The notes below the pieces were generated by a model. The model had not been told where the DNA came from and searched no databases. It saw only the letters and a list, made by a program, of their open reading frames with translations. From Octopus sinensis (lineage: Eukaryota), in assembly GCF_006345805.1 (NCBI RefSeq), contig NC_042999.1, forward strand, positions 128,960,001 through 129,024,000: DNA of 64,000 nucleotides. Direction: 5' to 3'. This document shows, one piece after another, positions 26,261 through 40,226 of this stretch. Position 1 is the first letter of the stretch. The number at the start of each line of letters is the position of its first letter. Position numbers and translations under genes: made by a program.

Positions 26261-28899
26261 CTTGATGTACATTTTTTTTATTCAAGCATTATATTAAAAA
26301 GGAAACAAACCTGAAGTGATTATCATAAGAGACACTGGAAATAACCAAAGTTGGCATTTCTAAAGTTAGAGAAAGACAGAAACATAAAAATGTTATTTTG
26401 AAACTAAAATCCAAAATAAATATTGTTTACAATTTGGAAATGGACCAAGATATTCTAATTGCCCATTGACAAAGAATTTCATATTTTGAGAGCCATATTT
26501 GCTATGCATCTTTGCCCTATCTTCTCATGTCTAAAAACATACCTGATAGATATGTTTTGTTGGTACCATATAATCATTCATATATGTGGTAAGATGATTT
26601 CCTGGCTGAAAAGTAATGAATCTATCTCCCTTAAGAGACACTAGGTAAGACACCTTGTGGATGCCAAAAGGTAAAATTGATGTATTACCAGATGGATTCA
26701 AACTCCAACTAGAAAGTCTCATATAAGAATGAATAACAGTGTTATTATAGTTATGTCATTACTAAAGCATGAATGATTACTGTTAACTATTATTGTTGTC
26801 ATTTTTAACTTGAATACTTCTCATTCTAAAACAAATCTGTAGTTTTCAACTAAACAAGCATAATTTCAGAAATAATATGATATATAATCTTTTATATTGT
26901 TTATTTATGCCTTTTATGCCATTTGTTGTAAATATTGAATGGTATTGAATTTATTTTCTAGAAACATTATGAGAAATATCTTGCAATTCCATCAGATTAT
27001 ATATTTCTTTTACATCACAAGAGAATATTTGACAAACATGTCGGTTGGTGACCTGTCACTATAGTGGTATACTAACATAAAAACGCACAAGAATAAAATA
27101 TTTCTCAATAAACAAAGTAAGTCATCTGAGTTTATGTTTAAATCTCTATGGCAATGCTGTGTGGAGTTGTCATGTTATTCTTCTCTTACATAATTTTCCA
27201 ATAAGGCTTTTGATATGAGGAACAAATGTGTCCCTTCCCTCCTGCCAACTATTTAATCCTCACTCAGTATTTTCTACAAATTTCTATACTACAAGTTTAT
27301 TGGTGTTTGTCTGGGGCACAGTAAAACTTGTAATCTGAATTCTCCTTGAAAAGTGGACAAACCTGAATACACTTTCCTAAAATAATGAACATTTGCATGT
27401 GAAGATAAAGATATCTCATATGTTTGTTTATGGTTAGACATTTGATACTTGAGATATCAATGCAGTTAAATATTTCTAGTTTACTTCTTTTCCATTTCAA
27501 ATAGCTCCATGTTTCTGATGCATTTAGTATCTAACCCTGATAGACAATTAGCAATATGTCAGATATTAATGACATGCATCAGTGGCCTTGTGGATAAAAA
27601 ATGTTATTACCTTTAGTTTAGAAACAAAGGTTCTCAGCTTAATCCCTGTCTGGTGCTATATACACATCTTGAAATAAGACATCAGGTAATGACTAGAAAA
27701 CAAACTGATGTAAAAAAAAAATAGTGTAGATATTACAAAATAAAATATTTCATGTCTAAAGATGATATTAATAATATGCAAGATTATAGTCTTAATAACC
27801 AAGTCCCATCACACTTTAAATATCTGTCATTTCTTTTCTGGGCCATTTGGCCATGAACAGTAGCTGGTGACTTCCTCCATAAACAGTATATACTTGTCAT
27901 GGAATTTTCGTGGGAGAATAGAAAGGTAGTTTAGTTTCTCATTACATTTCTTTAGAAGACATCATCTTTTTCGACAAATTCACTTCACTGACTGGACACC
28001 CAGAACATGAGTTGCTCTTACTATTCCACTACCCTGGGCTGGAACCTTATTTTATTGATCTTGGAAGGATGAAAAGTAAAGCAAACCTTGAGAGCATTTG
28101 AACTCATGAACTCAAAACAAATACTACTAGATATTTTGTCAGGCACTCTAGTAATTCTGCCAATTTGCCACCATTAAAAATTGTTCAGTAATGCAGAAAA
28201 TAGAGAGTATGGTAATGATTTCTGGTCAGTAAACATAAATCTGATGCTGGATTAAATCCTACATATTTTATTCAATAGTTCACTGTCAAAGAATGAAATA
28301 AAAACATTGTCTAAAATACCAGCAAGTTACAAGGAAAGACAAAGTCTCTAAATTATATAAGTGATGGTATATCTTTAAAGTGTAATAAGTTTCTGTTGTA
28401 CTTGTGAGGTCATTAAAATATATCAGTGAGAACCAAGAATAATCATGAATAAACTGAAGATGAAATTTTTTAATTCATGTTTAAGTGTCTATGAATACAG
28501 TTTGCTCAAGATAGGTCCCTTTGCTCAGGACTATCAACTCTGCAATCATGTGGTATAATAGCAACTGGAGTTTCCCCAGTTTCCTTCAAGAAAGAGACTA
28601 CTACTGAGAACCTAAAATTATTATTCTTAGTGTTGTAAGAGCAGATGAGTGAATAAACCCCCAATAACTACAGAATTCCTGTGAGGAGCAATGGTCCTAG
28701 TTATTAACTTTGAAAGACATACAGATGGAACAAAACCTTACAAAGTGAAAAATGCAATACTTCTGGCACCATTGGGTCTAGACAACTTTGTCCTGAGTGG
28801 ATCAGCAAGTTAGAAGAAACCAACAAAGAGAAAAGCATAGTGAAGGACACCATCTTATTAATGAGATGAATGACTGAGAGAGTCAAAATTATTGGTAAG

Positions 28900-29770
28900 T
28901 TCTCTGTAAACCAGGTGCAAATATAATTTATGCACCTTAATAATCTACTGTAGAATCTTCCATGAGGTTAGAGACATCTCTACCATCTTTACTGGTATTT
29001 ACATCGATAAAAGCATGTTCACTATAGAGAATCAGGAGCTCTCTCAAGCAAACAAAGAATGCTGGACTTGACAGGGTTTTATTTGAGGTACTCAAGAACT
29101 ACAGTGTTGGTGAAAAACGACAAGCTGCAACAATACTTCTTTTTGAATATAATCTCTGTTTCTAAATGTGACTTACAACTCCCATTGTATCAGTCTAACT
29201 TATATCTCAGCAAAGCTCTACTACAACCAGGAGGTTAAAGATAAAGACAGCCATATACTCTTGAGCTGAAATACAATCAGAATTGTTTTCTTTGAAGAAG
29301 AATAGAAAAGGTAATGAAAAGCAACCCCACCTCTCTCTCTCTCCATTTATTCATATCAAAAAAGGATTTAGTTCAATTCATTGGTGAAAAATAATCAAGA
29401 TCTTGAAGGCATATGGAATCTTGCCACACACCCTTCAACCATGGAGGCTATGTACCCCAACACTCTGACATGTGTTATCATCACTGGAACACTGGAGTGT
29501 TTAAGCAGTTGGCTGCAGTCTTGAAAAGTGGTATAATGGTACTCTTCATATTTATTCATAGTAGTTCTTGAATATACATTTGGGTAAACAGTTGAAAACC
29601 ATGAGGATCTAGGCTTGACCATTTCGAGAGATTAGCTTGGTGCCAGTGATTGATCTAGATTTTGCAGATGACATTTACTTTGTTGTTGGATGAAATCACA
29701 AATGCTCAAACCCCTGTATAAAAGCAAGAGTATAGCAAAAGTAGACTATATTTCTATGCCAGGAAAGGTC
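28900..29770 (+). mobile_element. Old, highly decayed LINE (RTE-like) reverse transcriptase remnant
   Basis: Fragments ILKAYGI, EAMYPNT and DLDFADDI (YADD-equivalent) with many stops. Confidence 0.55.
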
Positions 29771-30199
29771 TGCGACTAGGATTGGCAAATTTGTTAAATC
29801 ATTGACTTTTTCCTGCAATTATTAAGTTTTCAACTTCCATTATGTAAATTCCTAAAATAAAATGAAGACGTATAATTAATATAAATTACTTGACTTGAAA
29901 ATAATTTCTTCATTCTCTTGTATCATTACTGATTTATGATAAATATTTAAAGAAATTTAATGAAAATACTTAAAATCAATAAAGAACAATAAATATTCAG
30001 TCATATATTGATATAATTGGAATATTTTATGTGAAATATATATTTGGTGAATTCTTGTTATAAAATCACAAATGCAGTCTCACCATATGTTTTAGAAACA
30101 CTATTCAAAGTTAAGAGTTTCACAGCATTTCAAGACTCCTCTTTGTTATCTATTGCATCCATTCTGTTGAACTTGATCCAAAAGTCCCTAACTATAAGT

Positions 30200-31190
30200 T
30201 TAACTTCCCTTTGAAAGTTTTTCTCAGATAATACGCCTTGAAGTTAGTTATCACATCTTGATCTATTTGGCCATAGCAGAGATGTAGTTTACTATCATAT
30301 TATCAGAAAGCTCATTTAAGTTTACTGGATGGCTTGATGCATTATCAAAAAAAATGGAATATTTTTTTAGAAATATTATATTGTACATTCTACCTTTCTA
30401 TAGGAAGCCAAAAATGTTTATAGACTACTCTTGAAAATGGCTCTCAATCATCCATGCCTTCTTATTTGAGCAGCAAATCAGAAATAAATGAAACTTCCTA
30501 TGATTCTTGAAAGCCCATGTATTTTCAGATATATGAGTAGGGGCTTTAATTTTGTATCACCAGTAGCATTTCCTCCAAGAAAAAACTCCAGATGACTGTG
30601 GATGCGTTAATTAAATCTTGGTGTTTCAAGAAAATGCAATTTCACAAACATTGCATACTTGCTCTGGTGTGTAGCTGCCATTAGCAATCATATTTTGCAA
30701 CTGCTCAGGATAATTAGTAGCAGCCTCTGTATCAGCACTGGCAGTGTCACCATTTATATTTGTGTTGTGCAAATTCAAGAGCTTCTTAAAAGTTTCAAAC
30801 TTGCCTTTCCAGGATAAGTTTTTCATTAGAAGTTTCTTCTTCTTTCTGCAAATTGATATATAAATTTTTGGCTTTTTTTTTAATCACCACCATGCTTAGC
30901 AGTACAATCACCTTAGATCTATGAAAAAATAAGGTCTGAATTGTTAACAAATTAATTTCTTGAGCATTTAATTGTTTTCTCTATTGTTACATATTGTTGC
31001 AAGCTTTAGTATTTTGGCAATGTTGGTGATTTTTTCTCTCCCAAATCAAGTTTAGTATAGAGTGTAATCCTTTCATTGTTCCTTTTTACACAACTGCCTT
31101 CTGTTTTCCAGTCTTTTTAAATTGCAGCAACAATCAACAATAATCCACAATACATACGTAGTAAACAAAATGGCATTTTTCCTAAGAGAA
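30200..31190 (-). mobile_element. Decayed Tigger/pogo (CENP-B/DDE) transposase
   Basis: Minus-strand fragments GDTASADTEAA, YTPEQVCNV, LGGNATGDTKLKPLLIY, DNASSHP and DVITNFKAYYLRKTF. Confidence 0.85.
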
Positions 31191-31616
31191 AAATATTGTT
31201 TTAATCTTATGGATGTAATACTGGAAATGAAATGAAAAGGTAAGGGCATGAGGTGGGAGCAATTACTGTATAATTACAGGTAGTTGAAGGGTTGCCAGGT
31301 TCATGAACACTTCACTCCTTGCACTTCTGACTTAAACCACAAAAACTCCACATTCTACTCACTCTGTTGTGTTGACATACAATATATGTAGCTACAGATA
31401 TTACTACCATGCTGATACTATTGTTGTTGTCTGTAGATTATTCAAAAGTTGATGAATTGGTGGTGTTCATTGTATTAATTTTGAATATTGTTGGTGAAAG
31501 TGGTGAAGATGATGGTGGTTGATATTTTTGATATTGGCAGTGATCATATTGTTAATTGTATTATCACAAGTCAATCCTTATTGACCAAAAATCAAAGGTA
31601 TTTCTGAAATACACTT

Positions 31617-32011
31617 ACTCTACTCTTTACTCTTTTACTTGTTTCAGTCGTTTGACTGTGGCTATGCTGGAGCACCGCCTTTAATCGAGCAACTCAGCCC
31701 CGGGACTTATTCTTTTGTAAGCCCAGTACTTATTCTATCGGTCTCTTTTACCGAACCGCTAAGTAACGGGGACATAAACACACCAGCATCGGTTGTCAAG
31801 AAATGCTAGGGGGACAAACACAGACACACAAACGCATATACATATATACAACGGGCTTCTTTCAGTTTCCGTCTGCCAAATCCACTCACAAGGCTTTGGT
31901 CGGCCCGAGGCTATAGTAGAAGACACTTGCCCAAGGTGCTACGCAGTGGGACTGAACCCTGAACCATGTGGTTGGTAAACAAGCTACTTACCACACAGCC
32001 ACTCCTGCACC
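31617..32011 (-). mobile_element. Well-preserved tRNA-derived SINE (family with central CA/TA microsatellite and (TAAAAGAG)n-like tail)
   Basis: revcomp begins GCAGGAGTGGCTGTGTGGTAAGTAGC with A/B boxes. Related copies at about 4035-4392, 4780-5010, 9040-9470, 17395-17680, 49620-49795, 50500-50706, 52200-52590 and 62800-63150. Confidence 0.85.
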
Positions 32012-35000
32012 TATACACTTGGGTACATTACCTCATGTAATTGTCTTTTAATTTAGTTGGAATTGCTTATCTTGTTCACATCATTGTAACATTGTTACAA
32101 TGAAGGAATGGTGGGTTAGTAATGATAGAGACAGCATTGGTTCTAGTGTTGACAGTTGTTCTGTTGGTATGACGATAGTGGTGGTGGTGAAGGTGGATTC
32201 AGATAGGGAGGAAGATACATAGATACTCGTTGTGACCCAATGATATATTTACACAAATGTACATATAAATATCCTCAATGAAATATTCCACCTCACACTC
32301 CATAATGCTTATAGTGATGTTCACACAAGCACTTGCATCACAAACACGTATATATATATAGCTGATCATAGGTATTCAAATGTTTAACTACTTTGATCTA
32401 AGCTAAAACACTGAGAAGTGGCCTTTAAACCAAGAAGAAAGTAGAGTTTTTAAATTCTTAAAATTTATGCATATTCCTACAAGAGGGAAATAACAGACTG
32501 TATCCAGAAATTAGCAGTCATATTTTACAATTTCCATCAGCACAAAATGCTCTAATATCAGGGAACTGTAATGCAGAGGATGCCTGCAGTATTTGTATGT
32601 TGATCTGCACTTAATATCATAGCGTTGATGTAAGTATTGATTTCTAACACTGGCATAAAGCCATACATTTTGATAGAGGACATAGTGTGGATAAATAGTT
32701 TGCAAATGCATGCCCCAAAATTGAGATTAATAGTTAAAGATTATTACAGTAGCAATATAATGCAATCATCAACTTAACATTTTTTGATCAGTAAAGAATA
32801 TCTTGAAGCTCACTACATGGCACCTTGGTAAAGTGTCCTCTAAAATAAGCCTGAGGCCATCTAAATTTGGTAGTGAGTAGATTTGGTAAGCAAAAACTGA
32901 AAGAAGCCAATTATATATGTGTGTGTGTGTGTGTCCTAATCTTGACATAGTGTAGTTGTAAAACATGCTTCACCATGATAGAAGTGATGTTCTTCACTTA
33001 AGATCTTTCACAAAAACATGTCTGGCCATCAGGAAATATCTTGTTCATAAAAAAGTAACAGGAAGGACATCTGGCCATAGAAAATCTAGCAATTTTATCT
33101 GACCCATGCAACATGGAAAAGTGGATGTTAAAACAATGACAATGATGATGATGATGAATGCATTTCATTCAAAGAAATTGAATGATTCTAATACTGCTAA
33201 CATATAATCTAAACATTTTTCTATATTTACAATAAGTGGGTATCATTCACTGAAGCACTACACTCTTGCCTCTAGTAGTAGATGTAATCATATCTCTATA
33301 AAAACAAGAGTTATGATAGTTTACTGAATCCAAAATGATAGAGGTATATCAAGAACGTTTTAATTCACAATCAGCTAGATATACTTAACATTAATAAATA
33401 TATTTGTTTACAATCTGCTTTCATAAATATTTCCATAACTTTTCTCTTAATTGCAGTAAGTGCCTTTTAATCAGTTAAGTTCTTCCTGCAGATTTTGGTG
33501 CCTCTCATTTTTCATTTTCTAATCTGGTGTAGAGGCTATCATATGAACCAGATAACTCCTATCAGTATATTGCAGGTATTTATTTTACCAATCCCTCACT
33601 GGAATTGAACTCATTTCAAATCAAGGAGAAACATTCTAGATAATTCTCCATAATCTTTTTTTTTTTTTAATTAATTTATTTTTAACCTAGATGCAAGGCT
33701 TTCTGAATAATGAACTATCATTCATTAAATCAACACATGTATTACTGAAACTTATTTTATCAACAAAGGAAAGAAAGTCAAGTTCAATCCTAATATAATT
33801 TAGATGCAAAAACAGGCATTAAACTTAATGTATCAAATGTAGTGACACTTTCTCCAAAACTTATCTTCTGTCAAACCGACAGAGACGCTTTTACAGGGTC
33901 ACTTAATCTGCTAGAAATAGCAAACCAAATCTGTTTTCAAATCACATCCTTCCATTTTGAAAAAAAAAAAGGAAGAAGACATTGTACACTATATTAATAT
34001 TTCCATGCTGGTGGCAGGTAAAAAGTACCCTGCACACTCTGTTAAGTGGTTGGCATTAGGAAGGGTATCCAGCCATAGAAACCATGCCACAACAGACGGT
34101 TGGAGTTTGGACAGCTCCCAGTCAAACTGTTCAACCCATGGAAGGCTGACGATGACGATGATGATGATGAGATATATATATAAATATGGATCAAAACTGC
34201 ATATCCTCCAACTTGCAGTATACATCAACAAGAAATACGATTTATCATATTGCTGTCACTAGAGTTATGCCCGTATGCCAAATTTCAGGCCTCTGACTGC
34301 CAACAACCCAGATATACCACCTTAGCACCAGCTGCTACTTTACACTGCCTGCACCAAGGTCACCACTAACAACCAACACCATGAGCAGGACCACCATTTA
34401 CCAACCCCCAACACCTACCAATTCCCAATGCCTGTTTTGCACATGCATGCAAGCAAATGCACATTGGTATATTTGCATGCATGAATGCGAATATACATAT
34501 GCACATATGAATGGATATGTATGTGCTTATGCATGTGTATGTACATGCACACATCTGCATGTTCAGCCAAGCACGTGTGCATGCACCCATGTACAGATGT
34601 GCACACTCACATCAATATACACATGCATGCAAAACTACATGAGCATGGCTGCACACCCACATATAAAACTATATACTTGCACATGCCACCCCTTCCTACT
34701 TTCTCCCCAACTTCTCGTTTATTTCCTGTCCTCCATGTGGTCAATTTCCTGTTCATCATGCAGTATTTTCCAACTAACCGTTACCCATATACCAACATCA
34801 AACTACAACACAGCATGACCTTCCAGCCTACCTTACAATAATAACAATCAACTTCTACCATCCAAATTCAAAATGGCTGATGACTGGCATCACATTTGAA
34901 ACTCAAGAGTACCAACCACTTTGAATCAAACTACTTTGACCTATACATGTAACTCCCAATAAATTGGTTGAGTGCCCTTCTTTCATTTGTCCACTCACTT

Positions 35001-37449
35001 GTGTGTATATATATATATACCATCATCATCATTGTTGTTTAATGTCTGCTTTCCATGCTGGCATGGGTTGGACAGTTTGACTGAGGAATGGCAAGCCAGA
35101 AGGCTGTACCAGGCTCCAATCTGATCTGCCAAAGTTTCTACATGCCACCAGCACGAAGGCCAGTCAGGTGATACTGGTATTGACCACGTGTTTCCTTGCC
35201 TTGGCATTGCATGATGGCTTTAAATGAGTGTCACCATCATGCAAGCAGTGTTTTCCATTTCTAATCTTCTGTGCAAACATGTCTGGTCATGGGGAAACAT
35301 AACCTTACTTGGAAACAGGTGACGATTGGTGACATGAAGGACATCTAGCTGTACAAAATTCACTGCAACAAATTCCATCTGAACCATGTGAGCATGAAAC
35401 AGTGGGCATTAAAATGACAATGATGGTAACGAAGATGATTGTAAATACATTATGTCTAAATAAAAGATAGATTGGTTATGACTTGAGCATAACTATCCTA
35501 TCTTCTTTTGGTCATAGGTCTACCAGGTTGGAAGGGAACTAGGGCTAAACTGCAACTTATCTTGTGTAAATTACATGCAATTTACAACATGGTAAGATTT
35601 CTAGTTCACAACATGGTAATATCTCAAAGGTGACATTTCTAGCTCACAGCATGTCATATCTAATTTATAACATGGTGGCAGCTTTAGTTTACATGCTGAT
35701 ATTTCTATCTTGTTAATCAACTGTAACAAAAAAGCAATGTCTGTTACTTCACTATCAACAGTAATCTCATTGGAAAAGAAAGATGCAGTAAATCTTCAAA
35801 TAACTGAAGAACATTTCATTGAAAAAAACAACTTAAACTCAGCATGAACTGCTAGCAGGAGATGTATACCCTTTTGCTACCATATTTCTGTTGAAATAAA
35901 CAAACTTTGATTCAATTAATTTTGAAAATAATAAAGAATATATGAAAATATCCTCTTCAATATTAAGCTAGTATCTAGAACAAATTAATAGGAAATTTTG
36001 ATGGAAAGTTTTAAATTACATTACTAAGACAGGAAGATTGTACCACAAATCCAAGGGCAGCCTCAGGCAAGTTTGTATCAAAATAGTTAAGGAAATACAT
36101 ATACTGTTTTTTTACTTTTTTTAACATTAGTTGTGTCTGGCTACTTTGTTATCAAGGTAATAACAGTTTCAAATTTTGCCACAAGGGCAGCAATTTTGTG
36201 GGAGGGGATGAATCAATTACATTACCCCCCCCCCCACGGTGTTCAACTAGTACTTAATTTATCAACCCTGAAAGGATGAAAGGCAAAGTTAACCTCACGC
36301 ATGCAAACACCAACTCTGATGATAGATTTTAAATTTGAAAGTTCTCACAGTATAATTCTAAAAAAAATTATCTGGCAACAAGACTAAAAAGTTGTTAGTT
36401 AATTTAATTCCTAATCTATCTGTCTATCCATCCATTCATTTATTTATCTTTCCATATGTCTATCTAAATGCTTACATCTCTCACCTAACCCATATTGTAA
36501 ACACTATTTTGACATTTTTTAATATTTTCAATATCTTATCATTTAATAAATATCAGTTTTTTTTCACACTTCTATATATAAATTCATATCACAAATGGTG
36601 ACAGTTATTATATGATTTGCTTTGCTGGCTCTCTGGACTGAGAAGGAAATGTATTTTTCTTTTACAGTGTTCAGTATGGGTAGAGTAGGTTAATTGTTAG
36701 GATACTTAAATAGTAGCAATGGCACATTGTGAAAGAGGAGGAGGAGAAAGATAAACTTGATTATCAAACATTGGTGTTATTTGCTTTATTCAGTTGGTTG
36801 GTTTGACAGTTTGGTAATGGGAGTGGGGAGAAATTTGATATACAGGTGGGAGTCTATAAGTATGCCTCAATTGTTGGAGAGTCTAGGTTTGTAAATGTGT
36901 ATGTGTGTTATGCATGAAAGAAATTATAAAAAATTTTAAGCAAGTTAGAAATGGTTTAGTATCTGAGGCTATAGTAGTTGTGGTAATATGAATATTAAAA
37001 AAAAAGTGAGGAAATGCAGAAAAATGAATGAAAACAAAGAAAAAAGAAGGGTATGGAATTTGAGTGTTTCATCATCGTTTTATATTTTTTCTTACAAATT
37101 TTAATGGGAATTATGGAAATGAATTTAGAGTACCTATATAGACATACATAGTTATAAACTTTTGCAAATTAACTTCAAACCATCCTTACCAATGATATCA
37201 ATAGGTTTTACATGGGACTAACAACCAGTACCTTTAAAGACTGATATGATAAGTAACCTACTCATTCCACAAACCTAGTAATATAAAAATAAAACAGATA
37301 CCACCTTGTCAAATTACATCTGGTCATTATTTTAAAAAAAATGAATAAATGAAACATCCAGATAACAATACAGTTCTATATTTAAGAGATGAGCAATTAT
37401 GTACATTATTTACATTTTGATGGATTTTGTCCTCATCTTGTTTGTTGTT

Positions 37450-37495
37450 AACACAATGTTTCAGCTGATATACCTTCCAGCCTTCGTCAGGTGTC
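37450..37495 (-). ncRNA. Minimal hammerhead ribozyme, inverted copy (G16.2 mutated)
   Basis: revcomp GACAC-CTGACGA-A-GGCTG-GAAGGTATAT-CAGCT-GAAA-CA-TT-GTGTT. Confidence 0.6.
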
Positions 37496-38108
37496 TTGGA
37501 GAAATTTTGAACCTGGGTTCTCATTCCTAAGGTATTTTTTGATGTTATTATTATATCTCCTTCGAGTAAAGCCACCAATAGAAGAGAATATGACCAAGAA
37601 CTGCATGTACTTCATCCCATGCAGCTGTGGTAGGTTATACAAAGGCGAAACATGCCGCCCCCTCAAAATAAGGGTAGAGGAACATCGCAAAGCTGTGACA
37701 TGAGGAGATATTGATAAATCGGGTATAGCTGATCATGTATGGAAAAATGGGAACCATCCTGTGGGATGAAGTTAAAATAATAGACAGAGAACACCACTGG
37801 AAAATATGAAACCTAAAAGAAGCAGCATATATGCTAGGACACAACAACCTGCTAAGCAGACCGAGTGTAGATATGAATACCATATGGGAACTGGTATTAA
37901 GGAAGGATAGGAGAATACTAGATTTATAAGCCCTAAAATTCATTCCACAATTGCCCACAGGCATATGGCATAGTGGTTAAGAGCAAGGGCTACTAACCCC
38001 AAGATTCTGAGTTCGATTCCAGGCAGTGACCTGAATAATAATAATAATAATAACAACAACATCGAAAAATACTGTAGGAATGTGAATCCAGGTTCGAAAT
38101 TTCCCCAA

Positions 38109-38154
38109 GACACCTGATGAAGGCTGGAGATTATATCAGCTGAAATGTTGTGTT
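38109..38154 (+). ncRNA. Minimal type I hammerhead ribozyme (near-consensus core)
   Basis: GACAC-CTGATGA-A-GGCTG-[10 nt]-CAGCT-GAAA-TG-T-T-GTGTT; stems I and II pair, and stem III is reduced to a (decayed) ACGT palindrome. Confidence 0.7.
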
Positions 38155-38542
38155 AACAACAAACAAGATGAGGAGAAAATCCATCAAAATGTATCCAGAT
38201 AACTTCTTTTGGAAAAAGTAGTTACAATTATCTAGAAAATCATAACTTGAAATATTAAAAACAAGTATCAGAAACTGTTAACTGAAAGTTAACTAAGAGG
38301 CAAACACTATTTGGAGAGCTTTTTTAAGTACCAGAAAACTGTAAAAATATCTATGTAATATTGATCTCAAAGCTAGCTGTCAATCAATGCATTTTGACAG
38401 TTTTTAAATAGACTAATCTATGATTTTTCCAATAACTCACCAACTTCTTCAAAAAGCTGTTATTTTGTGGAAATTTTCATGCTTTTTATTTTTCTCTCAA
38501 AATATCATCATATATGTGAGTACGCATAATATATATATATAT

Positions 38543-40226
38543 TTGTACCAGGTAGAAGCACCACTGATGCTATATTCCTGGTCCGACAACTGCAGGAGAA
38601 GTACCTAGCTAAAGATAAACCCCTCTACATAGCTTTTGTAGACTTGGAGAAAGCCTTTGACAGGGTTCCCGTTCCCTTATCTGGTGGTCGATGCGGAAAC
38701 TGGAGATTGAAGAATGGCTAATAAGGGCTGTACAAGCTCTATACAGAGAGGCTGTCAGCAAGGTTAGGATTGGCAACGAATATAGTGAAGAATTCCGGGT
38801 AGAAGTAGGTGTGCACCAGGGCTCAGCCCTCAGTCCCCTTTTATTCATCATAGTCCTTCAGGCAATAACAGAGGAATTTAAAACGGGATGCCCCTGGGAG
38901 CTCCTCTATGCCGATGACCTAGCTCTCATAGCAGAATCACTACCGGAACTAGAAGAGAAATTTCGGGTGTGGAAGCAAGGGTTGGAATCAAAGGGCCTTA
39001 GAATAAATGTAGCAAAGACCAAAGTATTAGTAAGCAGCAAGAGGTACTCAGCACACACCCCCTCGGGTAGGTGGCCCTGCTCAACCTGTAGGAAAGGTAC
39101 AGGTAGAAACTCCATAAGATGCACCCAATGTAAGTTATGGACACATAAGAGGTGCAGCAACATTAAAGGGAAATTAACAGATAAGATAGCTTTCATGTGC
39201 GGAAGATGCACAGGGACAATAGACACAACAGACACTCAGAAAACAGATTCCATCACACTCCAGGGAGAGAAACTAGAAGTAGTTGATAGTTTCCGCTACC
39301 TGGGTGACCAAGTTAGTAGCGGAGGTGGATGCACAGAGAGTATCACCACTAGAATACGAATAGCCTGGGCAAAGTTCAGAAAGCTCCTACCCCTACTGGC
39401 AACAAAAGGTCTCTCCCTCAGAGCGAAAGGTAGATTGTATGATGCATGTGTGCGAACTGCCATGCTCCACGGTAATGAAACATGGGCTGTGACTGCAGAA
39501 GACATGCGTAGACTTGAAAGAAATGAAGCTAGCATGATCCGCTGGATGTGTAGTGTCAGTGTGCACGCAAGACAGAGTGTAAGCATCCTGAGAGAAATGC
39601 TGGATATAAGAAGCATCAGATGTGGTGTGCAAGAGCGACGCTTGCGATGGTATGGTCATGTGCTGCGGATGGATGAAGAGAGATGTGTGAAGAAGTGCCA
39701 CTCCCAAACAGTTGAAGGTATCAGGGGGAGAGGTAGACCCAGGAAGACATGGGATGAGGTAGTCAAGCATGACCTCAGAGCATTGGGCCTCACTGAGGCA
39801 ATGGCGAAGGACCGAGATCTCTGGAGATATGCTGTGACTACAAAGACCCGGGCTGCTTTCTAGCAATTCCACTTACCCCCTACCCATTCTAAGTACCCCG
39901 GATCCCCAAAGTACCCTGGATCCCCAAAGTACCCCGATCCCCAAAGTACCCCGGACCTCGTTGCCCCCGTGTCGCTGACACGTTAAAAGCTCAAACCGAT
40001 CGTGACCGATGCCGGACCCTCCGGCCCCTGTGCAGGTGGCACGTAAAAAGCACCCAATCCACTCACGGAGTAGTTGGCGTTAGGAAGGGCATCCAGCCGT
40101 AGAAACTCTGCCAGATTCAGACTGGAGCCTGGAGCGGCCCCTGGCTTCCCAGACCCAGTCGAACCGTCCAACCCGTGCTAGCGCGGAAAGCGGACGTTAA
40201 ACGATGATGATGATGATGATGATGAT
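38543..40226 (+). mobile_element. 5'-truncated RTE-clade LINE (RT C-terminal half with PHD insertion, 3' UTR, (GAT)n tail)
   Basis: PGRSTTDAIFLVRQLQEKYL, VHQGSALSPLLF, LYADDL, RWYGHVLR, RGRGRPRKTW; frameshift near 38670; 18-bp tandem repeat at 39891-39955; tail ACGGACGTTAAACGATGATG. Confidence 0.93.

Larger units (their letters stand above)
37367..38192 (+). mobile_element. Penelope-like element remnant: inverted terminal arm, GIY-YIG endonuclease C-terminus, tRNA-like head and hammerhead-bearing arm
   Basis: 37555-37920 translates as NCMYFIPCSCGRLYKGETCRPLKIRVEEH..SGIADHVW..EHHWK..LKEAA (stops/frameshift). The arms at 37370-37553(-) and 38034-38192(+) are inverted copies. An 11-bp direct repeat ATCCAGATAAC sits at 37356-37366 and 38193-38203. 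Confidence 0.88.

Noticed and set aside
37960-38033. Genuine tRNA gene
   Set aside because: The acceptor and anticodon stems do not pair properly and it is fused to repeat sequence; treated as a tRNA-derived head.
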